This document shows, in pieces, positions 20,350 to 30,145 of a stretch of DNA of 64,000 nucleotides. Origin of the DNA: an uncultured Actinomycetes bacterium. GTDB taxonomy: Bacteria > Actinomycetota > Acidimicrobiia > Spongiisociales > DATADW01. The stretch lies in assembly GCA_963824995.1 (NCBI GenBank), contig CAWGRK010000002.1, positions 248,001 to 312,000 of the forward strand, given 5' to 3'. The notes under the pieces were generated by a model that was not told the DNA's origin, did not search any database, and saw only the letters and a program-made list of their open reading frames with translations. Both the position numbers and the translations under genes were made by a program. Position 1 is the first letter of the stretch. Each line of letters starts with the position of its first letter.

Positions 20350-21234
20350 GTGAGCCGGTTCCTCTATCTGCTGCGCGATGCCCTGGTGAATCTGCGCCGC
20401 AACGCGCTGGTGGTCAGCGGAGCCGTGTTGGCGGTGCTGGTGTCGATGTCGCTGGCGCTCGGCGCCCTCATGGTCAACGAGTTGGTCCGGGTCAACCTGA
20501 TCCAATGGCAGGAGGGCACCCACGTCATCGTCTTCCTGAAGGACGAGCAGGCTGGGGTGACGCGGTCAGCGCAGCGGGCACTTCTCGAGGAGATCGATGG
20601 TTGGCCCCAGGTGGAGTCGACCGAGTTCTACGACAAGTCCGACGCCCTCGAGGAGTTCCGTCAGATATTCGCCGAACAGCCGGCCCTTCTCGAGGAGATA
20701 GACCCGGCCTTGCTACCGGCGTCGATCCGGATCCGCCTCCACGACATCGCCGACTACCGCCAGGTCGAGTTCCAATTGGCGGGCGAGGCGCCGGTACGCC
20801 GGGTTCGCTCGCTTGGTGAGCGGATCGACGAGTTGTCGGCGGTGAGCAACGTGCTCAACGGCCTCGGTCTGGTGGCATCGCTGGTATTGGGGGTTTCTGC
20901 GGTGGTGCTGATCGCCAACACCATCCGCATGGCCATCTACGCCCGGCGTGACGAGGTCTCCATCATGAAGCTCGTCGGCGCCGGCAACTGGTTCATCCGG
21001 GTCCCGTTCGTGCTCGAAGGGCTCATCGAGGGGGTCGTCGGTGCAGGGCTCGCCGTCCTCGCCGTCTGGCTCGCGTCCGACCGGCTGGCGTCGGTCGAGC
21101 AGAGCGTGGAGATCGTGCGGCTGTCCCTACCGACGGACTTCTTCCTGCGCTGGGGGTTGTTGTTCGTCCTCTTCGGGGCCGCGGCAGGCGTGCTCGGCAG
21201 CCTGCTCGGTCTGAGGCGCTTCATCAGGGTCTAG
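20350..21234 (+). CDS. ftsX: cell division permease FtsX
   Basis: LIANTIRMAIYARRDEVSIMKLVGA, PFVLEG; follows ftsE. Confidence 0.93.
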   Translation: MSRFLYLLRDALVNLRRNALVVSGAVLAVLVSMSLALGALMVNELVRVNLIQWQEGTHVIVFLKDEQAGVTRSAQRALLEEIDGWPQVESTEFYDKSDALEEFRQIFAEQPALLEEIDPALLPASIRIRLHDIADYRQVEFQLAGEAPVRRVRSLGERIDELSAVSNVLNGLGLVASLVLGVSAVVLIANTIRMAIYARRDEVSIMKLVGAGNWFIRVPFVLEGLIEGVVGAGLAVLAVWLASDRLASVEQSVEIVRLSLPTDFFLRWGLLFVLFGAAAGVLGSLLGLRRFIRV

Positions 21235-21236
21235 CC

Positions 21237-22466
21237 GTGCGGCGGCTGGTCGCCGCACAGTTGTCCGCGCTGGCGCTGATCGGGGCGCTCCCGGCGCCTG
21301 CCGCCGGTCCCAAGGAAGAACTGTCCGAAGTCGAGCGCCGGATCGAAGAGCTTGGTGAAGACATCGAGCGTTCCCGTGCCGATAAGGGCTCGGCAGCCCA
21401 ACGGTTGCTCGAGTCGCAAGCCGCATTGGAGGAGAGCCGAGCGGCCGTTGCCGCCGGTGAGGCGGATGTCGAAGCAGCGGCGGCGCGCGTCGCCCGACGC
21501 CGCCAGGAGCTTTGGGAGTTGCGACGGCACCGCCAAGAGGTCGCCGGGAACCTCGTTGCCACCCGGCTGGCCGATGCCACCGAGAGACGGCGACTACGTC
21601 GTGATTCCGCCGCCATGTACATGGAGGCCGTGGGCGGAGGTATCGCGATTTTCGGGATGGCCGACCTGATCGAGATGGAGGCTGCGCGCGAGTACACCGG
21701 TGCCGTCGTACGCCGGACCGACCGGGCGATGCGGATCCTCGCCGGTCTGCGCCGTCAAGCCATCGGCCAACAGACCGAGTTGGAGCGACGTAGTGGTGAG
21801 GTCAGGAGGGCGGTTGAGGCACTGCAGGCTGAGCAGGACCTGCTCGAGGACGCCCTGGCGGAGCTCAGGGAGGTAGAGGCAGGTCGGGCCGCCACCGTGT
21901 CCGAGGCCGAGGATCGCTTGGCCGACATCGAGGGCGAGCTATCGGCTGCGGAGCAGCATCGCCAGGGCTTGGAAGCCGATGCGGCCAGACTCGAAGCCGA
22001 ACTCAGCAGCCGGAGACCTGCCGAGCAACTGGCTCAGCAAGAGGTGGCGACCACCTCGACCACCGTGGCGCCCGCGGACAACGGGTTGAGTTGGCCACTC
22101 TGGGGTCTGGTCACGTCTGGGTTCGGTTGGCGTTTCCACCCCATCTACGCCGATATGAGACTCCACACGGGAATCGATATCGACGGCTCCGCCGGCACCT
22201 CCATCCTCGCCGCCGGGAACGGGATCGTGATCATCGCCGGCCCCTATGGCGGCTATGGGAACACGGTGGCGATCGACCACGGCGACGGCCTGATCACCAT
22301 CTACGCCCATCAGGAGACGATCTTCGTTGTGAACGGCGAGTGGGTTGCCCAGGGTGAGGTCATAGGAACGGTCGGCTGCACCGGGCTGTGCACCGGCCCC
22401 CACCTCCACTTCGAGACCCGAGTCTGGGGGGCGGCGACAGATCCCCTGAGCTGGTTGGGGGGCTGA
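21237..22466 (+). CDS. coiled-coil M23 peptidase (EnvC-like murein hydrolase or activator)
   Basis: signal peptide, long coiled coil, HTGID, YAH, TGPHLHFE. Confidence 0.88.
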   Translation: MRRLVAAQLSALALIGALPAPAAGPKEELSEVERRIEELGEDIERSRADKGSAAQRLLESQAALEESRAAVAAGEADVEAAAARVARRRQELWELRRHRQEVAGNLVATRLADATERRRLRRDSAAMYMEAVGGGIAIFGMADLIEMEAAREYTGAVVRRTDRAMRILAGLRRQAIGQQTELERRSGEVRRAVEALQAEQDLLEDALAELREVEAGRAATVSEAEDRLADIEGELSAAEQHRQGLEADAARLEAELSSRRPAEQLAQQEVATTSTTVAPADNGLSWPLWGLVTSGFGWRFHPIYADMRLHTGIDIDGSAGTSILAAGNGIVIIAGPYGGYGNTVAIDHGDGLITIYAHQETIFVVNGEWVAQGEVIGTVGCTGLCTGPHLHFETRVWGAATDPLSWLGG

Positions 22467-22470
22467 TCAA

Positions 22471-22575
22471 GACGGCGGACGGCAGACGATCCCCGGCGCC
22501 CGCACCGTGGGGAGGTGACCAGCCCCCTACGACCAACCCTGCGGCGTCGGGTACTCCCCCGGCCGGGAGGAGCGA
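22471..22575. repeat. heptamer repeat plus GC palindromic element
   Basis: GACGGCG GACGGCA GACG; 22543-22575 matches the reverse complement of 14054-14086 at 29/33 by eye. Confidence 0.7.
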
Positions 22576-22586
22576 GTCGTGGAGCG

Positions 22587-23063
22587 CTATCCCCGGCGGC
22601 GGACGTTGCTGAGTGCGCGCTCCATGTCGCGCTTCTCCTCGCGTTCCCTGATCGAGCGCCGCTTGTCGTAGGTCCGTTTTCCTCTGGCGAGACCCAATTC
22701 GATCTTGGCCTTCCCGCGGTCGAAATAAACGCGCATCGGGATCAGCGTCAGACCCATTTCGGCCAGCTTTCCGGCGAGACGGTCGATCTCACCGCGGTGG
22801 AGGAGCAGTTTCCGGGTCCGCTCCGGGTCGTGGCCGCCGCCTCTGCTGAAGGAGTAGGGAGCGATGTAGGCACCAACCAGCCATGCCTCGCCATCTCTGA
22901 CGTGGGCGTAGCTGTCGGCGATGCTCGCCTTGCCGGCACGGAGGCTCTTCACCTCGGACCCCATGAGCGAGAGCCCCGCCTCAACCGACTCGAGAATCTC
23001 GTAGTCGAAGCGGGCGCGCTTGTTGGTGGCGATATTCCGGGTTGTCGGTTTCTTGACGGTCAT
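22587..23063 (-). CDS. smpB: SsrA-binding protein
   Basis: IATNKRARFDY, GSEVKSLR, RTRKLLLHR, ARGKRTYDKR. Confidence 0.96.
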   Translation of the reverse strand: MTVKKPTTRNIATNKRARFDYEILESVEAGLSLMGSEVKSLRAGKASIADSYAHVRDGEAWLVGAYIAPYSFSRGGGHDPERTRKLLLHRGEIDRLAGKLAEMGLTLIPMRVYFDRGKAKIELGLARGKRTYDKRRSIREREEKRDMERALSNVRRRG

Positions 23064-24745
23064 GGACCCGTCAGTCTGGCACCCGGGCCGTTCAGCGAAG
23101 CTCTGCTTCCACTCCGAGCCGGCGGATGGTCGAGGTGGTGCGGGCGCGGGACGCCTCCAACTCGGAACTCAGCCAGTCGTATGACCCCGATTCGAGGGTG
23201 GCGGTGACCGGGAGCACCACGTACCCGCTGCGCTCCACTCTCGTGGGAAAGAACGCGGTGCGCCTGGCGTCCCACCAGTCCTCGGCACGTCGCGCCATCT
23301 CGATCTCGACGATCACGCCGTCCTGGGTCTCGTCGCAGCACTGGTTCGACACGAGATTGCCCAACCCGTAGACGACGTGCCGCTCGCTCACCCTCCCGAT
23401 CGGCTGTACCACGTGGGCGTGATGGCCAACGATCAGGTCGATCGTGCCCGATCGCGAGCAGTCCCTGGGCCAGCGCCACCTGTGACGGAGTGGGATCGGC
23501 TTGGTACTCGACCCCCCAGTGCAGGCTCACCACGACGAGGTCGGCGCCCTCGGCCCTCGCCCGCCCGGCCTCGGCCAGGATGGCCGACTGATCGATCACG
23601 TTTGCCACCCACTCCTGACCAGAGGGCGGTGAAAGCCCATTGAGCCAATAGGTATAGGAGAGGTGCCCCACCATCACTTCACCCACCCGGTAGAGGCGCG
23701 GGTTGGCTGCCTCATCGGCGTTGCGTGCCGTGCCTGCGTGGCCGACACCGGCGGCATCGAGGATGTCGAGCGTTTCCGCCGCTCCCTGGACCCCCTGGTC
23801 GATCGAGTGGTTCGACGCGGTCGAACAGCCCTCGTAGCCGGCGTATGCGATTGCCTGCGCTACCTCACGAGGGGCGTTGAACAAGGGATACCCCGAGAGG
23901 TCCTGGTTGTCCGCCGAGAGGGGAACTTCGAGATGGCAAAGCGCCAGGTCGGCCGCCGAGATGATCGGGGCGATCCGCTCGAACATCGGCCGGAAGTCGT
24001 ATGACTGTCCCGAGGCGTCTCCGAAGGCGGCGGCGCGATCCACCAAGGGAGAGTGGATGAGTATGTCGCCGGTGACGGCGAGGGTGAAGGAGGGACGCTC
24101 GGGAGGGCGAAGAGGGTCGAGACCCAACGCCCTCCCCAGGAATGAAGCCATCTGCCCGCGTGTCACCCACTCCAGGGGACAGAACAGCCGCAGATCGTCC
24201 GGGTCGCAGCCTTCGGTGATGCCGGCGGAGGCGACCCGATTGATGTCCTCCTCGAAGGTCGAGTGTTCGTCGTCACTGAATCGATCCTCGGTGCTGGGGT
24301 TCAGATCGAATCCCCGGTTTAGGAAGGCGGCCATCTGACCCCTGGTGACGTAATCGTCCGGGCAGAACAGACGCGGGTTGTCAGCGTCGCAGCCGCGGGT
24401 GATCCCGGCGGCTGCCACCCGATTGATGTCGTCCTCGAAGGTCGAGCCCTCGTCGTCGGCGAAGGTGTCTTTCGCTGTCGCAGGGAGTCTCAGCGACCGC
24501 CGCAGCAGCGCCGCCATCTGACCGCGGGTGATCGAATCAGCCGGGCAGGTGAAGTCGGAAAGCGGCGGGTTGCAGCCCCGGAGCACGTCGATGGCTGCCA
24601 ACGCCTCGATGTAACCCTCATGGGTGGACCCGTCATCGTCGAAAAAGGTGCCGCCCGGCTCCATATCAGGGGCTGCGGCTTGCTGCGTCACGGGCACAGC
24701 GGCCAGAGTGGCGGCTAACAGGAAGGCCACCAATGGGGCAACCAT
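23060..24745 (-). CDS. SLH-domain CapA/PGA_cap metallophosphatase-family protein; frameshift near 23450, real stop probably at 23092
   Basis: signal peptide, three SLH-like repeats (TRGQMA), TGDILIH, CHLEVP, ASNHSID, SLHWGVEY; shifted frame gives GHHAHVVQP and YGLGN. Confidence 0.8.
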   Translation of the reverse strand: MVAPLVAFLLAATLAAVPVTQQAAAPDMEPGGTFFDDDGSTHEGYIEALAAIDVLRGCNPPLSDFTCPADSITRGQMAALLRRSLRLPATAKDTFADDEGSTFEDDINRVAAAGITRGCDADNPRLFCPDDYVTRGQMAAFLNRGFDLNPSTEDRFSDDEHSTFEEDINRVASAGITEGCDPDDLRLFCPLEWVTRGQMASFLGRALGLDPLRPPERPSFTLAVTGDILIHSPLVDRAAAFGDASGQSYDFRPMFERIAPIISAADLALCHLEVPLSADNQDLSGYPLFNAPREVAQAIAYAGYEGCSTASNHSIDQGVQGAAETLDILDAAGVGHAGTARNADEAANPRLYRVGEVMVGHLSYTYWLNGLSPPSGQEWVANVIDQSAILAEAGRARAEGADLVVVSLHWGVEYQADPTPSQVALAQGLLAIGHDRPDRWPSRPRGTADREGERAARRLRVGQSRVEPVLRRDPGRRDRRDRDGATCRGLVGRQAHRVLSHESGAQRVRGAPGHRHPRIGVIRLAEFRVGGVPRPHHLDHPPARSGSRASLNGPGARLTGP

Positions 24746-24785
24746 CGCCGGGCGAAGTTAGCCGCGGCACGGGACGCGCCGGGGT

Positions 24786-24807
24786 TGTCGCAGCAGGAAG
24801 GTATTCT
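24786..24807 (+). promoter_or_regulatory. tmRNA promoter matching the RecA-NDp-like pattern
   Basis: TGTCGC-N10-TATTCT, 21 nt before the mature tmRNA 5' end. Confidence 0.45.
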
Positions 24808-24828
24808 CAGGTTCGTTGGTTCAACCAC

Positions 24829-25181
24829 GGGGGTGAACTGGATTCGACGTTGAGAGTTGAAGCGACGGAAGCGAGCCGAGGTCCCCGGAGTCCTCGTTAA
24901 AGAACCGGGATACACCAAGAAGTGCCGACGACAGTCTGGCCCTGGCTGCCTGAACAACGCAGCCCGTCCGCCCGGTGGGTGCCTACCCCGCCGGATCCGG
25001 GCGTCGTAACGTAGGCGGCTCCCCCGGGGATCCGGGACCTGGGGGCTGAGACAATTCCGGATAGGGAGGGTGGGTAACCCGCCGTCAGGGTCCACTTTCC
25101 CGAAAACGCTCCTGACGGCTGCGCTCGGAGATGCCGTCGCCGATGTCTCAGCGGACCGGGGTTCGACTCCCCGCACCTCCA
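24829..25181 (+). ncRNA. ssrA: tmRNA; tag (A)ADDSLALAA* at 24924-24953
   Basis: 5' GGGGGTGAACTGGATTCGAC; 3' GACCGGGGTTCGACTCCCCGCACCTCCA; tag ORF ending LALAA-stop; near smpB. Confidence 0.95.
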
Positions 25182-25259
25182 CTAACCAGGACGACATAAT
25201 GCCTGTCGTGCTTCGTCCAGTGCCGTGAGGAAGTCACCTCGGGGGCTTACGATTTCTCG

Positions 25260-26532
25260 GTGACATCAGGTCCCGGGTTCGGGTCGGCGACTGGCTACGA
25301 GGAGCGACGCATCCAGGAGCTTCGGCGCTGGAAGCGCCGCGCCAATGGGTTCCTCCTCGGCGCCCTGGTGGTATTCGTGGTCAGCCACTTCTTCGGGTCC
25401 GATGGCGTGGTCAATGGCTTCGTGAAGGCGGCGTCGGAGGCCGCCCTGATCGGTGGGATCGCAGACTGGTTCGCAGTCACCGCGTTGTTCAGGCACCCGC
25501 TCGGCATCCCGATACCGCACACCGCGCTCATCCCGCGCAGCAAGGACGAGATCGGCCGGGGGCTGGCCGAGTTCGTCCAACAGAACTTCCTCGACCCGAC
25601 CAATCTCCGCAACTGGCTTTCCGGCTCGGACATCGCCGGGCGGGTGGCCACGTGGCTCGAGACTCCAGAACACAGCGAGCGGGCGGCACGGCGCGGCGTC
25701 CAGGCCGCAGCCACCGCCGCCGAGTCCTTCGACGACGAAACGGTGGCGGGAGTGGTCACTCAGGCTGCTCTCGATTGGATCCGGCAGACGCCGGTCACCC
25801 CACTCATCTCGCTGGTGTTCGATGCCTGGCTCAAGGGTGGCCACACCCAGGAGTCGATCGAGGCAGCCCTCCGAGGGATGGACGTCGTCCTCGACGACAA
25901 CCTGCCCTACTTCAAGGACAGCTTCGACCGCTCGGCCCCGTGGTGGATGCCGCAGTGGGCCGGGGATCTCGTCTTCGAGAGGATCATCGCTTCGGTTCGG
26001 ATCCTCATCGACGACATCGTGGCGGACCCGAGCCACCCGGTGCGCGCCGACATCGAGCGGATGCTTGGCCGGGTTGCCGACGACCTGAGGAACTCAACCG
26101 ACCTGGCGGCGCGGATCGAGGGATCGAAGCTGCGACTGCTCGACTCCCCGGAATGGTCGGCGGCCATCGAGTCGCAGTGGAAGGTGCTGCAAGAGGGCCT
26201 GGCCCGGGCCGCCGCTGAGCCCGGTTCCGAGTTGGAGCAGACTCTTGCCGAACTGATCCGGTGGTGGGCGCGGCGCGGTCCTGGACGACGCGCCGCTGCG
26301 GGCGAGAATCGACAATTGGATTGCCGAGACGACAGAGCGCCTCGCCCAGCAATGGGACGAAGAGGTCGTCGGGCTCATCGAGACCACTGTTGCCGGTTGG
26401 GATGCCACCGAGATCTCCCGTCGTCTCGAATTGCAATTGGGGCGAGACCTCCAATTCGTCCGTATCAACGGGACGATCGTCGGGGCGTTGGTTGGCATCG
26501 CCATCCATGCCCTGCTCCTCCTCACCGGCTAG
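25260..26532 (+). CDS. DUF445 family membrane protein; frameshift near 26270
   Basis: EAALIGGIADWFAVTALFRHPLGIPIPHTALIP; shifted frame ends GRDLQFVRINGTIVGALVG. Confidence 0.85.
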
Positions 26533-26592
26533 GCCAAGCTTTGGCGTCATTAGACGCGCCACGACCGCGCCAGGTGACGCCAAAACGGAGTT

Positions 26593-27873
26593 TCAGCCCC
26601 CTCCCTGCTGGTCCTCCAGCAAGGAGAACCTCTCCAGTTCGACCCGCTCCAGCCGGATCCGGTTGGCGAACGTGGAGAAGGCGAGGTAGGCCGAGAGGCG
26701 ATTGAGGCCTTGGGCCCACGGGGGCACGTAGCGAGGTTGGGCCAGAGTGCCGTCGTCGAACAGCGGTTGCAGGCTCACGACGTCTCCCAGGGTGAGCCTT
26801 CCGGCGAAGAGGTCGGGTATCAAACCGGGACGGTTGTCCGCAATCGCCTTGGTGAGAAAGGTGTGGACCAGAGCCAGTCCCTCCAGGTAGACGGCGTCTT
26901 TGGTGAAGGCGGCACCCCCGGCGGGGTCGCCTCCTCTGAGCACGCGCTGCGCCGACTGGTACGACTCCTCCAGGCTCTGACCGGCGTCGAGGAAGAATCG
27001 GAACAGGTCGACGAAGTCAGCGCCGTCGAGAGCCGCCTGCACTGCGTTTACCCGTAGGGCGATGCGGCGCAGCCGGTTCATGTCCATGGAATACGTGGCG
27101 AGCTCGGAGAAGGTGGCCAGTCCCTCCTGGGTCTTCGTTGTCCTCGGTGCGGAGAGCGCCATCGAGGTGAGCAGCGGCTGCTTCTTCCCGTTGAGCACCG
27201 TTGTGGTGTGGACGAATGCCTCGTGATTGGTCAGTTGGTCGAGGTCGTTGCGGCTGAACATGGCGCCGCCCCTGATCTTGACCTTCTTGCTTCCGGCTGC
27301 GGCCTTTGCGGCCATGTCGGGATCCACCACGACCTCGACGGCGTCATCGGTGAAGAAGTCCCCGAGGCGGGCAGACAACTCGGCAGCGAATTCCTCTGCG
27401 GGGATGTCGGCCACGGCCTCGTCTACGTCGCCGGTTCCGAGGATTTCGTCGGTCAGAGCCAACAGGCCGTCGGCCAGTATCAGAGCAGAGGTGCCTTGGC
27501 GCTCGTAGACATAGTCGGGGCGCCCATACAGTTCGACTGACCTCTCGGTGAAGGCGGGTGTCCCGATCGACTCCATCATCCGGGCGAGGGTGTGGTAGCA
27601 GCGGGCGGTGGCGTAGAGGAACTCGCCGAGCGGGTGTGAGCGATCGGTCTCGGCCATCACCGCCTCGAGTGACTCCTTCGACTCCGGGTGGGATGCCGGC
27701 TGCGCCTCCACCACGGGTGGGCGCGGGCGCCCAGCCCGCCAACCATCGAGGAAGCGGTCCCGCTCCTCCTCGGGCCATCTCAGGCGGTCGAGCAACCGAA
27801 TCGGTCGGGCGGCTTCGACCAGATCGGCATCCAAGCGGGCAAGGTGTCTCTGGTCCGCTCTCCCATCGATCAT
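26593..27873 (-). CDS. QEGLA-motif metallopeptidase (DUF1704/MATCAP-like)
   Basis: HEAFVH (HExxxH), TQEGLATFSE, FTKDAVYLEG. Confidence 0.85.
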   Translation of the reverse strand: MIDGRADQRHLARLDADLVEAARPIRLLDRLRWPEEERDRFLDGWRAGRPRPPVVEAQPASHPESKESLEAVMAETDRSHPLGEFLYATARCYHTLARMMESIGTPAFTERSVELYGRPDYVYERQGTSALILADGLLALTDEILGTGDVDEAVADIPAEEFAAELSARLGDFFTDDAVEVVVDPDMAAKAAAGSKKVKIRGGAMFSRNDLDQLTNHEAFVHTTTVLNGKKQPLLTSMALSAPRTTKTQEGLATFSELATYSMDMNRLRRIALRVNAVQAALDGADFVDLFRFFLDAGQSLEESYQSAQRVLRGGDPAGGAAFTKDAVYLEGLALVHTFLTKAIADNRPGLIPDLFAGRLTLGDVVSLQPLFDDGTLAQPRYVPPWAQGLNRLSAYLAFSTFANRIRLERVELERFSLLEDQQGGG

Positions 27874-27926
27874 CGGTGTCCTCTTCCTCAAGGGGGCTGA
27901 GTTTCCGGCCGACCCTATCCTCACTG

Positions 27927-29072
27927 ATGGTGCGGTCGATCTACGAGACCGAGGACCTCGAGGCGGTCCGGGGACAGACGCGGCGCTTTGTCGAAGCCGA
28001 AGTCGTGCCCAATGGCGCGGATTGGGAGGAGGCGGGTCAGGTCCCGCGGCCGGTGCTCCTCGAGATGGGGAAGATCGGGTTCTTCGGTCTCCGTGTCCCC
28101 GAGGAGCACGGTGGCGTGGCGATGGGGCCCCTGGCATCCGTCGTCTTCGCCGAGGAACTGGGGCGGTCCACCTTCGGCGGGTTTGCCATCACCGTCCTCG
28201 TCCACACCGACCTGGCAACGCCGTATCTCCTCAACTTTGGCAGCGACGTCCAGATGAAGCGTTGGCTGCCGGGAATCCTCAGCGGCGAGACCCTGACCGC
28301 CATCGCCGTCACCGAGCCCGATGCAGGATCGGATGTGGCCGCGATGCGCACCAGGGCGAGGCGGGACGGCGACGGATTCGTGATCGACGGCACCAAGATG
28401 TTCATCACCAACGGGGCGACGGCCGACCTTGTGTTCGTGGCCGCCCGCACCGATCCCTCGGTCACGGGCTCGCGGGGGATCTCGATACTCGCCGTGGAGC
28501 GGGGAGCTACCGGGTTCTCCGTGGGGCGATCGCTCTCCAAGATGGGATGGCGCTCCTCGGACACGGCCGAGTTGGTGTTCGAGGAGTGCTGGGTCCCGGC
28601 GGACCAGTTGGTGGGTGAGCCGGAACGCGGCTTCTACCACGTCATGCACAACTTCCAGATGGAGCGGCTCGTCATCGGCGCCATGGCCATGGGCGAGGCT
28701 CAGAAGGCCATCGAGCTCACCGTCTCCCATCTCCGCCAGCGGCGAGCCTTCGGCGCTTCGTTGTGGGAGAAACAGGCGGTACGACACCGCCTCGCCATGC
28801 TCCAGGCCAAGGTCGAGGCGGGCCGTCAACTCGTGTACCACACCGGGTGGCTCCTGGGTCAGGGCGGCGACGCAGTCCGGCAGGTGTCGATGGTGAAGAG
28901 CTATTGCGGCGAGTTGGTCAACGAGGTGCTGGCGGCATGTGTCCAGTTCCACGGCGGCATGGGGTTCATCACCGAGACCACGGTGGAGCGAATGTACCGC
29001 GACGTGCGGATCCACACCATCGGGGGCGGCGCCACCGAGGTCATGCTCGAGGAGATCGCCAAGCGCGCCTGA
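27927..29072 (+). CDS. acyl-CoA dehydrogenase
   Basis: AVTEPDAGSD, GTKMFITNG, QFHGGMGF, IGGGATEVM. Confidence 0.93.
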   Translation: MVRSIYETEDLEAVRGQTRRFVEAEVVPNGADWEEAGQVPRPVLLEMGKIGFFGLRVPEEHGGVAMGPLASVVFAEELGRSTFGGFAITVLVHTDLATPYLLNFGSDVQMKRWLPGILSGETLTAIAVTEPDAGSDVAAMRTRARRDGDGFVIDGTKMFITNGATADLVFVAARTDPSVTGSRGISILAVERGATGFSVGRSLSKMGWRSSDTAELVFEECWVPADQLVGEPERGFYHVMHNFQMERLVIGAMAMGEAQKAIELTVSHLRQRRAFGASLWEKQAVRHRLAMLQAKVEAGRQLVYHTGWLLGQGGDAVRQVSMVKSYCGELVNEVLAACVQFHGGMGFITETTVERMYRDVRIHTIGGGATEVMLEEIAKRA

Positions 29073-29082
29073 GGCCAGACGC

Positions 29083-29445
29083 TCACTCGACCGGACGGAC
29101 CCGCAGGTCGAGCGCCACCCAGAGCAGCTTGGCGTAGGGGTAGAACAGGATCGGGAAGACACCGTTGACCACCAGGGCGGTGATCAGAAGTGCGGTCCAA
29201 GGCACGTCGGGCCAAGTCGCCGCCACCATCCCGATGATGATCAATGCGAACAGGCCGAACGTTGCTGCGGTGTCAAGGGTCATGGCGCCGACCCAGTAGC
29301 CCTGCTCGCGCTCGAACTTGAGATCACAACTCGGGCAAGTCTCGACCATGTCCATCCATCGCCGGTAGACGGGGACAGCGCCACAGCGTGGACATCGGCG
29401 GGCAAACGCCCTTCCGATCATCCTGCCCAGACCCGGGCCTGCCAT
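29083..29445 (-). CDS. DUF983 family zinc-ribbon membrane protein
   Basis: RCPRCG...CPSCDLKFEREQGYWVGA plus two TM segments. Confidence 0.75.
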   Translation of the reverse strand: MAGPGLGRMIGRAFARRCPRCGAVPVYRRWMDMVETCPSCDLKFEREQGYWVGAMTLDTAATFGLFALIIIGMVAATWPDVPWTALLITALVVNGVFPILFYPYAKLLWVALDLRVRPVE

Positions 29446-29490
29446 CACCAACCGATCGTAGGGATGCGGGCCGGCGTTACCGTGAGAGCG

Positions 29491-30132
29491 GTGGACGAGC
29501 AGTATCTCCGGGGACGGGTCGACTACGAAACAACGGGACTCGACGTCGCCGACCTCGATCCCGACCCGGTAGCCCAACTCATCGCATGGCTTCACGCCGC
29601 CCAGATAGGCGACCTACCAGAACCCAACACCATGATCGTCGCCTCGGCAACCGCCGACGGCCGCCCCTCGGCGAGGGCGGTCCTGCTCAAGGGTCTGGAT
29701 CGAAGAGGACTGGTCTTCTACACGAGCTATCGCAGTCGAAAGGGCGGTGAACTGACTGAGAACCCACGCGCCGCGGCCTGTTTCGTGTGGCTCCAGCACC
29801 ACCGTCAGGTGAGGGTGGAGGGAACCGTGGAGCGGGTTGAACAAGCCGAGTCGGACGCCTACTTCGGATCCCGGCCCCGCGGTGCCCAGATCGGAGCGGC
29901 CGCATCCTCCCAGAGCGAGGTGGTGGCCGACCGGAGCGCCCTGGATACCGCAGTGGACCGTCTCGCCGAGACGACCGATGGCGGCGAGGTCGAGCGACCG
30001 GAGTGGTGGGGGGGCTACCGGATCGTCCCCGAGGTTTTCGAGTTCTGGCAGGGGAGGAGAGATCGCCTCCACGACAGGTTCCGCTACAGGCTCGACTCCG
30101 GCGACTGGATCGTCGAGCGGCTGTGGCCGTGA
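29491..30132 (+). CDS. pdxH: pyridoxamine 5'-phosphate oxidase
   Basis: PSARAVLLKG, YTSYRSRKG, RQVRVEG, EFWQGRRDRLHDR, ERLWP; start could be 29464. Confidence 0.93.
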   Translation: MDEQYLRGRVDYETTGLDVADLDPDPVAQLIAWLHAAQIGDLPEPNTMIVASATADGRPSARAVLLKGLDRRGLVFYTSYRSRKGGELTENPRAAACFVWLQHHRQVRVEGTVERVEQAESDAYFGSRPRGAQIGAAASSQSEVVADRSALDTAVDRLAETTDGGEVERPEWWGGYRIVPEVFEFWQGRRDRLHDRFRYRLDSGDWIVERLWP

Positions 30133-30145
30133 CCTCGCCCACCCC

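Noticed and set aside
25182..27873. Genomic island integrated at tmRNA
   Set aside because: No integrase, no visible duplicated tmRNA 3' end, no obvious composition shift
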